NCBI RefSeq assembly: GCF_001194135.2
Contig: NC_068989.1
Location: 72,034,113-72,098,112, forward strand
DNA from: Octopus bimaculoides
Lineage: Eukaryota
DNA length: 64,000 bases
Reading direction: 5' to 3'
Made by a program: the position numbers and the translations under genes. Shown here one piece after another: positions 26,997-39,522 of this stretch; positions within the stretch are counted from its first letter, which is position 1, and each line of letters opens with the position of its first letter. Under the pieces are notes generated by a model. That model ran no database searches and was not told the origin of the DNA. It saw only the letters and a list, made by a program, of their open reading frames with translations.

Positions 26997-29900
26997 TGTA
27001 TATATGTTTGGTTTTAATTTCCAGTTATATGTAACAAGAAACAATCATCAAGTTATAAAACAATATATGAGATTGTTGTTCAAAGCTTTCTCCATACATT
27101 GGGTCCAATTCATCAAATAACATAGCCCAGGTAGTAAGCAGTCAGTGAATGGAGTCTACATCCCTGGGTTCAATTCTAAGACAATGTAGCTAAATTTTAT
27201 TTATTTCATCATCAAAGGCAAACATGGGTATTGGTGAACCAGCAAAGTAGCCTCTATATAGTCACTTAATCTGCTAGAAATAGCAGCAAATTCTGCCTCA
27301 TACACTATCTTCTTTAAAAAAACAAGAAAGGACACATCTGATAATGTTATAAATACAATATTTTTGAAAATCAACTCTGATTAGAATGTTTTATCAATTT
27401 TCAAGGTGAAAGCTTTCAATCCTACAACTTACATCATAATTCTGAAATTGCTTCATCAACTCTTCATCGGTTCCCTTCTTTCTCATGTGTTTCTTCGTGA
27501 TACGTTCCATACCAAGTTCTTCCAGAGCATCACTGACATCATAGAATGTATCTTGATCAGGAATGGCATATAACACCTGCAAAGAAGCAAACAAAACAGT
27601 TTTGTAAGATAAGTGTGTAGATGTGTGTATGTAATGTTTGGCATCAAGAAGGGCGTCCAGGCATAGAATATTGCCAACTCATGCCAGTGTGAAACAAGAG
27701 GAAATGAAAAGGATGAAAATGATTAACCTTCATTCGTGGAGATGAAAATTTTTTAAATAACACACTCTCTCTCTCTCTCTTTTAATATTTTACTTGTTTC
27801 AGTCATTTGACTGTGGCCATGCTGGAGCACCATCTTTAATCGAGCAAATCGACCCCAGAACTTATTCTTTGTAAGCCTAGTACTTATTGTATCGGTCTTC
27901 TTTTGCTGAACCGCTAAGTTACGGGGACGTAAACACACCAGCATCGGATGTCAAGTGATGTCAAACATATACACACACATATATACATACATATATACGA
28001 CTGGCTTCTTTTCAGTTTCCGTCTACCAAATCCACTCACAAGGCTTTGGTCGGCCCAAGGTTATAGTAGAAGACACTTGCCCCAGGTGCCAAGCAGTGGG
28101 ACTGAACCTGGAGCCATGTGGTTCATTAGCAAGCTACTTACCACCCAGCCACTCCTATGCCTATGTGTAACATAATTTTTGTCCTTGGGTAGCAATTGTT
28201 ATTTCCTATTTGCTTACCCCTAGAAAGTATGCTTTTGTTACAGTTATTCAAACCCCAAAGAATCCCTTTCAAAACATGACTTTGATGCTTCTCCATTACG
28301 CCTGCTTATGATCAGAGATGCACATATCATCAGCCACTAAGGGTCATGCTAAAGTGATTATGGTCAAGTAACTGACAAGCAAATCTGTGGCATTGAGCAG
28401 AATATTTGCTATAATGATATTTCTGCTTCAGCAACACAGCACTGAGTCTGTCTGAAATGTAATGGGAAATAGGTCAGCTTCAAAACATTGATGTCCAAAT
28501 CACAAAAGTAAAGTTTGAAGGGAATAGCAGTCATTTCCTTTGATTTCTAGACAGAAGCAAATAGGAAATAATTCTTACTGACCAAAGACAAAATAAATGA
28601 AATAAATAGATAGACAGATAAAAATTTTATTACATAGTGTAATATTTACATCTACATTACATTTTGATCAGTTTGACCTCTGATCATCATGAGGTATGTT
28701 ATTTCTGGAGGTGCACAAAGTACTAAGAAATATGTCAATGGTCTTATAAAAATGTCATTACTTAGTTTATAGGCATAAAATTCCTAGTTCTTCAAGTTCA
28801 ACCCAGTACCATGTACATATTCAAGAATAAAACGCCTAACAATGATCATAGACGCATTCAAGATAGAGTAGATATATTTTTTTAAAAAATAGTTGTTAGC
28901 CCCTAAAATTATAATTACAATTATATTATTTTACCCATGCCAGCATGGAAGGCAGATGTTAAACGATGATGATGAAGATGATGATGATTACAATTGCTTC
29001 ATTTTAAATTAATGTTTTACTGATGATAACAAAGAAATTGAAAAAGAAGTTGTCATTTATATAATAGTTTAAATATATAAATACTAAATATAGCAATTAT
29101 GTAGAAATCAATTAATTACAGATTTTTGGTTTTGTAAGTTTTTTTCTTTTGTTTCCATTTATAATAAGGTTTTCTCTTGAGCAAACTATGAAATGTGATA
29201 GCTCTTAGTACTCTCAAGCTGAACAACATAAATCAAAGGTCTGGTTCACATACCTTATTGATAAGGGTCATAGCATAATTTAAAAGCTCAGAATCTGACC
29301 CGCCTTTTTCATCCAGAATATTCATGACGTTTGTCCATGGTTTCGCCCCTAAACATAGAGAAAAGTAAAACATAAATAAAATATAAACATCTATGATAGT
29401 GATAATTATTTCTAAGGTAGCTATTACAGAATAGAAGTTCTTAGACGTTTATTAATGAACTTTAACGAACAATATTATTAAAATAAATATCGATGCTTAA
29501 TATTCAAAGAAGCTTTTTTTTTTAGTATATTAAATAATATTAAAAATTTATTTAGAAACTAATACATAAAATATATCTAATATCTTTTCTTTTTCGATAG
29601 ATCATTCACAACATGAAAATTTTCAACCTTTTTGTGAAGACATCAGTCTCTCATAACGAAAAGATATACAGGCACAAGATCTGAAATTTGGGTGGAGGGG
29701 CAAAGTCGATTACATTGACCCCAGTGTTCAAATGGAACTCATTTCATCGACCCCAAAAGGATGAAAGGCAAAGTTGACCTCAGAACGTGAAGAGAGACAA
29801 AAAGTCGCTAAGCAATTTTCCCAGTGTGCTAATGACTCAGCCAGCTCACTGCCTTAATAACTCTTTCTGTTATAGGTGCAAGGCCTGAAAAATTTGTGGG

Positions 29901-32900
29901 AGGTGTACAGTCAATTACACTGGCCCCAGTGCTCAACTTGTATTTATTTCATTAATCCTGAAAGGATGAAAAGCAAAGTCGACTTCAGCAAAATTTGAAC
30001 TCGGAACATGGATGAAATGCTGCTAAGTAATTTGCCTGGTGTGCTAATGATTCTGTGAGGTCACCACCTTAATAATAATGATGATAATAATAATAATAAA
30101 TAAATAAATAATAATCCTTTTTACTACAGGCACAAGACCTGAAATTTTGTGGGAGGAGATCAGTTAATTACATTGAACCCAGCACTCAACTGGTACTTAA
30201 TCTATCAACCCCGAAAGGATGAAAGACAAAGTTGACTCGGCGGAATTTGAACTCAGAATGTAAAGACAGAGGAAATAGCACTAAGAATTTCATCCACCAT
30301 ACTAATGATTCCAGCTTGCCGCCTTAACAATAACAACAATAATAATAATAATAACCCTTTCTACTATAAGCACAAGGCCTGAAATTTTGGGGGAGGGGAC
30401 CAGTCAATTATATCAACCCCAGTGTGTAACTGGTACTTAGTTTACTGACCCTGAAAGGATGAAAGGCAAAGCTGACCCTGGAGGCATTTGAATTCAGAAC
30501 GTGAAGACAGACAAAATACTGCTAAGCATTTCGCCTGGCATGCTAATGTTTCTTATTTCTTTATTGCCCACAAGGGGCTAAACATAGAGGGGACAAACAA
30601 GGACAGACAAACGGATTAAGTTGATTATATCGATCCCAGTGCATAACTGGTACTTATTCAATTGACCCTGAGAGGATGAAAGGTAAAGTCGACCTCGGCG
30701 GAATTTGAACTCAGAACGTAGCGGCAGACGAAATACCGCTAAGCATTTTGCCCGGTGTTCTAATGATTCCGCCAGCTCACTGCCTTTGCTAATGTTTCTG
30801 CCAACTTGCCACCTTAATAATAATAATAATAATAATAATAAAGGGATAGGGATTTAAACAATTATTATATGGGTTAAACCTAACTAATATTTTTATAAAA
30901 CCATAGTCTGTGAATGTTTATAAAGCAATTTGCAACACAAACTGCTAATTACAATGTGAGTCAATTTGAATAATTATTTTTAAGTATAGCTTCTTTATTA
31001 TGTAAGGAACATTATAGAAACTTAGTACAACAATGTCTTGATAAGCATAAACTAAAAATAAGAATAAATAAATAAAAAGAAATTAAATTTTAGCCTGTGT
31101 CAGAAAATGGACAGCAGAAATAAAACTAAAAAAACTAAAGAAAAAAATAAAGAAAACAAGTGGAGAAAAATGATTTCACATTGTAAGATTCACAGCTTCA
31201 TAGAAAAATTGACTGATGTACATTTTTCCCACGCTGTATAATAGACAGCCTCAAGTCAACAACCCAAGGCTAAAGGCCTTGACCTAATAGCCTTTATTAT
31301 ATTCAATAAAACTATATATATATATATGGGAGAATATACAAATAATAACAACAGACGAGGACAGGTGATGTAAATAACAAAAGTATATATTAGTATGACG
31401 CTCGGGAATACGGAAAGTCTTTGACGGTTCGAGCTACGCTCTTCAACAGAAAGAATACGGAGACAAGGAGAAAAACACGGAGAAAAAAAATTGAATAGTG
31501 TTCAGTCAACGGTCAATCAATATATATATATATATACATACTCATACATACATATATATTTATGTATATATATGTACACACACAACATATCAAATTATTG
31601 AGTTCTTGGCATTAGTAAAAGTTAAAGGATTAGCTTTTCAGTGACTATCACATCAAACATATCTTCAACCCTTCTGTCACCATATTTCTGTTGAAATACT
31701 ACACTGCCTTTGAATCAATTGATTTTGAAGATTAGAAAGAATTTGTCACTGTTAAGCTGATGTTTGGAACATAAATTAACACAAAATTTTGACAGATTTT
31801 GATTTAGACCACTTTAAACCAGTAAATTTATAGCACAGAATCAAGAGTGGTCTCAGGCAGGTTGGTCTCAAGAGGGTTGAATTGTTTTACCTGTCTTAGT
31901 TACTGAAGCAGTTCTACAATTCCTCTAATGAAAGAGCTAAAACGAGTTATTAAAACAGATGGCCAAGATTAACATCTTTATTAACAAAATCACAATTCTT
32001 GTACGTTTTTGTAATTTCATTTAGAATGTCAATTCTCACATTTATTATTAAGTTATTATATTACATTGTATCACTTACATTAATTACTTTTGATTTAGTC
32101 TTAATAACTAACGATATAAATAATTAATATTTATTTGTCATTAAAATCCACCTGCATAAATATATATGACAGTGTGTTGGTAAAGTCACAATTTTCATAC
32201 ATAAAAAATTCCAGGCCTATTGATGTATACAGCTGATGTTAGTCACCTGTATAACACCTTCAAGTGTGAGAAAATAATACACTTCTGGTACAAATGTACA
32301 GTGAGTGCTTAGTGTTCTTGCACTAAAGTACAAACAGACACTATTTATACATGTATGGGTGTTGGTGTGTTGTTTTGATGTGCATACGTACACAAGATTA
32401 TTATAAAGTTTTTATGCAATTTAAAATATAAGAAAAAACATATTTTTTCTTATAACTTTAGTTCCATATATAATAAGAATTAATCTATGAATATCATTTA
32501 GAAGCATCTATTTTATAATTCATGCATCTTTTTTATTGTTATCAATAAAAAAAAACAACTTATATTCATTGCTTGGCAGCCATACTGGGGCACCACCTTG
32601 AAAAATTTTAGTTGCATGAATTGATCCCAATACTTATTACATTTTTTGTAAAGTCTGGTACTTATTCTATTAATTCCTTTTGCCAAACTGCTAAGTTATG
32701 GGGATACAACAACACCAATTGTTAAATGGTGGTAGGGGACAAATACAAAACCACACACACATATGTGCTTGTGCCACATAAAACGCACTTAGTCCATTCT
32801 GCTGGGTGGTTGGTGTTAGGAAGGGCATCCAGCTGAAAAAAACCATGCCAAAACAGACACAGAAGTGTGGTGCAGGCTTGTGACTGGCTGGCTCCTATCA

Positions 32901-33677
32901 AACCATCTGATCCATGCCAGCATGAAAGGCAAAACGTTAAACGATGATGATGATGATATATGTGCAATGTAGTTGAAAACAAACTATGATAGGAAAGAAC
33001 ATTACAAACAAACAATAGATAAATAAATACTGTAATCATCTCATGCAATTTGACTTCTAATAATAACAATAATTATAAATTAATAATTAGCATTTGTTAT
33101 GAGGTGAAAGTGATTTTACATCATATCAGCTAACATATAGTAAACTCAAGTACTCTATCCTTTTTTTTAAAAACTTTTTATCTTGACCAAATATTGAACA
33201 ACTCGAAAAACAGCAACACAAATCCATTGTGAAGTGCTTTGCAAGCTAATAAACAATTCAAGGTAATCAGGTGTGTGTGTGTGTGTGTGTATGTGTGTTC
33301 CACTGACGATGGTAAATAAAGAAAACTTCAAATATGTCTCACCCACCAATAAATAGAATAAATAAAAGTAATAAGACAAATGCTAAAAATTCAATAAAAA
33401 ATAAAACAAACTTACCACGTTGTTTGTCCACATTATTGATCGCTCGAAGGAGTAGCTGGGTGTTTACCTCAGAGTATTCCACAAACACTAACAGTAACTT
33501 CAGGGCAGTTTTCACGACAAGTCTATGCTGCAAAAACAGAGAACGAGTACACATGTTGTAAGCGGGAACTCGACAAAGAAAACTGTCAGGGTCCTCTAGC
33601 ACATTGGCTACCATAACTGCTGAATAGAAACCAAGACTGCTTCCCACAAATAATCTACACAACTAATGTTTATATTA

Positions 33678-33720
<43 letters not shown>

Positions 33721-36700
33721 GCGTGCACACACACACACACACATGTATATATGAGTGCATGTGTGTATATACTTTGAGTTAACTAATGCTGGAATGTCTA
33801 TAAAAAGGGGAAGCCAGTAAATAGCCGGAAAACACTTGACAAAATCTCCTACTCAAATCGGCTCCATTCCAGCACCATAAGAAGAATACATGGGAATTAA
33901 GAAGTGCTTTTGATCACTTACTATAAAAAGGATTTACGACTGTTACCAGGAAGAATGTGGTGACCGCAAACTACCGGAAGATTGAGGAAATATTAAGTAA
34001 GTCCCACTCCAATTTTAGCTATTTCTTTTTTTCTATAATAGTTTATACATTATAAAATAAATAAATAAATAAATAGACATCTTTCTGTAAAAGTCAATGA
34101 CCAAACAACCCTGTGAATATGTTAGTTCATTTCAGTGATGCTGGTTATCCCTTTAGTGTTTAAACCGGCTATATCCGGCCCAAATAATCTACTCATTTTA
34201 TGCCCAAACTGGCCAGAACCAGTATCTCACATCTACCCTGCAATGTCATTCGAAAAATAAACAATTACATCTCTCAAATCTTGAAGTTACAAGATAATAC
34301 CAGATTAATTTTTTAAAGCGTACATGAATAAGGATTACTTTTGACATTAATTTGAACACTAAAGGGTAGAGTTAGTAAAGTGTCAAGAAACTTTATTTTG
34401 TTAGGTCCCTTGAGGATCTGAATTTAAAACTTTCTGGAGTCAATCTTGTTTTTCATCTTTCTGAGATCAGTAAAATATATATCAGCCAATTGCTGGGTCA
34501 ACATAACTGACTAAACTACTTCACCCCTGCGCCTATTATGAAATTATTAGCATCATTATAATTATTATTATGAAGGCGGTGAGCTGGCAGTGTCATTAGT
34601 ATGCTAGGTGGAAGCTTAGTGATATTTCGTCTGTATGTTCTGAGTTCAAATTCTGTAAAGGTTTACTTTGCCTTTCATCCTTTTGGGATTGATAAATTNN
34701 NNNNNNNNNNNNNNNNNNNNNNNNNNNNNNNNNNNNNNNNNNNNNNNNNNNNNNNNNNNNNNNNNNNNNNNNNNNNNNNNNNNNNNNNNNNNNNNNNNNN
34801 NNNNNNNNNNNNNNNNNNNNNNNNNNNNNNNNNNNNNNNNNNNNNNNNNNNNNNNNNNNNNNNNNNNNNNNNNNNNNNNNNNNNNNNNNNNNNNAGTCAA
34901 GCACTGGCATTGACGTAATCGACTAGACCCCCTCCTCCAAAATTTGAGGCCTTGTGCCTATAATAGAAAGGGTTATTTTAGCACGCTGGGTGAAATGCTT
35001 AGCCGTATTTCACCTGTTGCTATGTCTTGAGTTCAAATTCCACCGAGGTCGATTTTACCTTTCATCCCTTAAGGTTGATAAATTAAGTACCAGTTGAGTC
35101 CTGGGGTTGATGTAATTAACTTACCCCTCCTCCAAAATTTCAGGCCTGGTGCCTGTAGTAGAAAGGATAATTATTATTGTTATTATCATTATGGCATAGA
35201 CTTAATGTATCTCCTAGCTTAATGCCATCATCTAGTCCATGAGTGACTTTTAGTGGAAACGACTGTCATAAACAGTCAGACCAGGTCATCAGTCTGATGA
35301 TAACTTTCTTCATTCTTCCTTCAGTTTTGGAGGACTTAAAAAAAGGTCATAGGCTTTGTCATTTATTCTCTCACTAAGTGATTAGAAAAAAAATTGAATA
35401 GTAGCCAGAGTAAGGATATAGTAGAAAAATGTTTCGGTAACTGTCATTACTGTTAATGGCAGTGCTCCAACATGGCTAGATTTTTTTAGATTGAAACAGA
35501 TAAAGAATACTTTTACTGATAATAAAAGGGTCCTCTCTCTGAATAAAGAACAGATTGTAGGATGCTTTCTAATATAGCATGGTAGCAAAACATGGGCATT
35601 GAATGTACAGGATAAGTGTAGGTGGGAATGATATTAAGTGAGTGAGTATGATCTGAGTGATGCACGAGTGACAGAGCAGGGAAGACAGATGGACTGAGAG
35701 AAAAATGAACATAAGAGGAATCAACTGTGTTAGAATGTTGGAGAGAAGATTATGATGGCACAGAAAGGTAACTGATGCATAAATAGAATGACAGGTGGGT
35801 GAAGTGGCAAGAATTCCAAGTGGAAAGAGTGTGGAGAAGAGGAAAATATGGGAAGAAGTTGTGAAGGCTTATCTCAGGATACTGAACTTTAATGACGGAA
35901 ATTACATAGGACCACAACAAGTGGTAAGACCTTGTATTGGAGAAAGCCTGCCTAACCCATGAAAAATGAAAAGACTGGTCACAAAATGCTGCTGATGATG
36001 ATGAAAGCAAGGGCAGTGAGGCAGTGAGTAGGCAGAATTGTTAAAACAATGGACAAAATGCCTTTTAGTATTTAGTTATAGCTCTTGATGTTCAGAATGC
36101 AAATCCCATCAAGGAGCGACTTGGCATTTTTTTCCATCTTTCCAAAGCTGATAAAATAAAGTATCAGTCAAGTACAAGGGTCTAGTTAATTGAGTGACCT
36201 TTGTTCTCCCTAAAAAATATCTTCATTAGAAAATATTATTATAAGAAGGTAATGGCAGAGTGCTGAACTAAATGGTATACAGTAATTAGTTTTGTTCCCC
36301 TGCCTTCGTTTAATGTAATTGATCAAATCTCTTCCTCACAAATATCCCTCCATTTGCAAATATGAAAAATCCAGCTTATCATTACCATTATCCTCATTGC
36401 TGCCATATCTATTTCTTCAGAGGTGTATTTTTAGATACCTGCTTACATTGGTCACTGTGCTGATTATGTCATTGCAAAGATGTAATAGTAGTATTAATAT
36501 TTTGCATACCAGCGTATGTAGCTGCAAATTTCATAACCACATGCGAAAAATGGAAAGAGGGGTAAAGAAGGAAACTGAGAGACAGAGTGAGAGAGGAGAT
36601 AAAAATGTAGACGGATTAACCAGGCAATTAAATGAGTATGAAGAAAGGTGTTGAAAAAAAAAAAAAAAACAGACAGGAAATTTACGTTAATCTAATAATT

Positions 36701-38888
36701 TGGTGTGTTAATATAGTAAATACAAATATCAGTGGTTGGTTGAGGCAGTTGACAACTCTCACTTGCAAATCTCCGTGCTGTCACATACTTCACCACACAC
36801 AAAACATAACAATAATAATAATAATAATATCCTTTCTTATTTCTTTATTGCCCACAAAGGGCTAAACATAGAGGGGACAAACAAGGACAGACAAAGGGAT
36901 TAAGTTGATTACATCGACTCCAGTGCATAACTGGAACTTAATTTATCGACCCCGAAAGGATGAAAGGCAAAGTCTACCTTGGCGGAATTTGAACTCAGAA
37001 CGTAACGGCAGACGAAATACCGCTAAGCATTTCGCCCGGCGTGCTAACGTTTCTGCCAGCTTACCGCCTAATAATAATAATCCTTTCTTCTGGAAGCACA
37101 AGGCCTCAAATTTGGGGGAAAGGATTAAGTCGATTACATTGACCCCGGTGCATAACTGGTACTTATTTAACCGACCCTGAAAGGATGAAAGGCAAAGTTG
37201 ACCTCAATGGAAATTGAACTCAGAATGTAAAGTTGGAAGAAGTGCCGCTAAGTATTTTTCCCAGCTTGCTAATGATCTGTTAACTCACTGCCTTAATAAT
37301 AATATTAATAAACCTTTCTACTATAGGCACAACACCTGAAATTTATTGGGAGGGGATAAGTCAATGGCATCAACCCCAGTACTCAACTGGTACTTATTTT
37401 AGTGACCCCCAAAAAGGATGAAAGGCAAAGTCAAAACGCTGCTAAGCATTTTGTCCAGTATGCTAATGATTCTCCCAGATCACTGCTTTAATAATAATGA
37501 TGATGGTCGCTCCCATTGATTTTGACGTGTTTGAAGGAGAGGATTTAAAGGAAAGAAAAAAATAAATAAACAACAACACCAATGGTTTCAAATTTTGGCA
37601 GATGGTCAGCTATTCCAGGGTGGTCGATTATATTGACCCTAGTGTTCAAAAATGGTACTTTATTTTTTTTACTGAACCTGCAAGGATGAAAGGCAAAGTT
37701 GGCAGGATTTGAACTCAGAATGTAATGAGTCAGAAGAAATACCTTTTATCCACAGCTAATATAACATGATTAACCCTACAACCCTTACTTTCAATAAAAT
37801 TTCACTTCCATAAGCTTCTGAGTTAATATTTCTAAACAAACTATTCTTTTATTTGTTTCAGTCATTTGACTGTGGCCATGTTGGAGCACTGCCATTAGTC
37901 AAACAGATCAACCCCAGGAATTATTCTTTGTAAGCCTAGTACTTATTTTATCAGTCTCTTTTACTGAACCGCTAAGTTACAGGGATGAAAACATACTAGC
38001 ATCAGTTGTCAAGTGATGGTGGGGTGACAAACATATACACACACACACGTGTGTGTGTGTATATGATGGGCTTCTTTCAGTTTCTGTCTACCAAATCCAG
38101 TCACAAGGCTTTGGTTGGCCCAAGGCTATGGTAGAAGACACTTGCCCAAAGTGCCATGCAGTGGGATTGAACCTGGAACTATGTGGTTGAGAAGCAAGCT
38201 TCTTACTATATACCCACTCCTGCATCTATTTAATTTCCCTAACATTTCATTTTAATAATTGTAGTATTAGGAAATATTATATTATAGTAGTATTCCCTTG
38301 TAATAAATTTTAGAATCACTTAAATAGTTGGTTTAATGTTTAGATCTGCAAATTGTTTAATTAAAATGTTTAATTAGCAAATAAAATCAAATATCATTTC
38401 TTTCTTTTCTTTGTTTTACAAAGACACAATGCTCTGTCTGGTCTAGGAATTGAACCCCTAACCTTATGATGAAAACCCAACAAACAATCTAACCACTAGG
38501 CCAGATACTTTCAAAGACATGGCTAGAGGACAGTTATATACATATCTTGTTCCTGGACACAGGTGAGTGTTAATAATGAAATTAGAATTGCTGGTTCTGT
38601 GAATGGTAAGCTGATACCCTTCCTATTGAATTTGTCATCTGTGAATCCTAAAAATATATAATAATATCATTTCCACATCTACAAAACACCAGCTGGAACC
38701 ATTTTACTTTTCTTCGGAAAGGTATCGACATCACAGCTACCCTGTTTTCCCCTCCTTTTCTCCTAAAAATATCTAGCTACATGACTAACTAATAGCAATA
38801 GAAAGTCATAACAAAGAACATAGTCACAACAAAGAGAAGTATATTTATAAGCCAGAAACAACTTTAAATAACATCTAAACTAGCAATG

Positions 38889-38930
<42 letters not shown>

Positions 38931-39467
38931 TATTCAGACAAATACATAACAAAAACACCAGGACTTACAAATATATATAACATACAGAAAATTGCACTAC
39001 TGGGTACTGCACACATCCTACGCAAAACACTTTCAATACAGTAACCATAAGAACACCACAGCAAACTACAGCACATACCCAAGGCGCACAGAGCTGCGCT
39101 CGGTAGTGAAGTGAAAGCACGTTATAAAAATAAAACTACTGAACCATAATAATAATAATATTTTACCCCAGTGTCACTTTGATGGCATGCACTGCTCTCT
39201 CACTCAATAATAATGATAATGNNNNNNNNNNNNNNNNNNNNNNNNNNNNNNNNNNNNNNNNNNNNNNNNNNNNNNNNNNNNNNNNNNNNNNNNNNNNNNN
39301 NNNNNNNNNNNNNNNNNNNNNNNNNNNNNNNNNNNNNNNNNNNNNNNNNNNNNNNNNNNNNNNNNNNNNNNNNNNNNNNNNNNNNNNNNNNNNNNNNNNN
39401 NNNNNNNNNNNNNNNNNNNNNNNNNNNNNNNNNNNNNNNNNNNNNNNNNNNNNNNNNNNNNNNNNNN

Positions 39468-39522
<55 letters not shown>

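Noticed and set aside
33528-33662. In-frame open extension upstream of the HRLVVKT exon ([12 protein letters not shown]...)
   Set aside because: A canonical acceptor at 33528 already gives the conserved protein; the extension has no FHOD similarity or supporting start signals.
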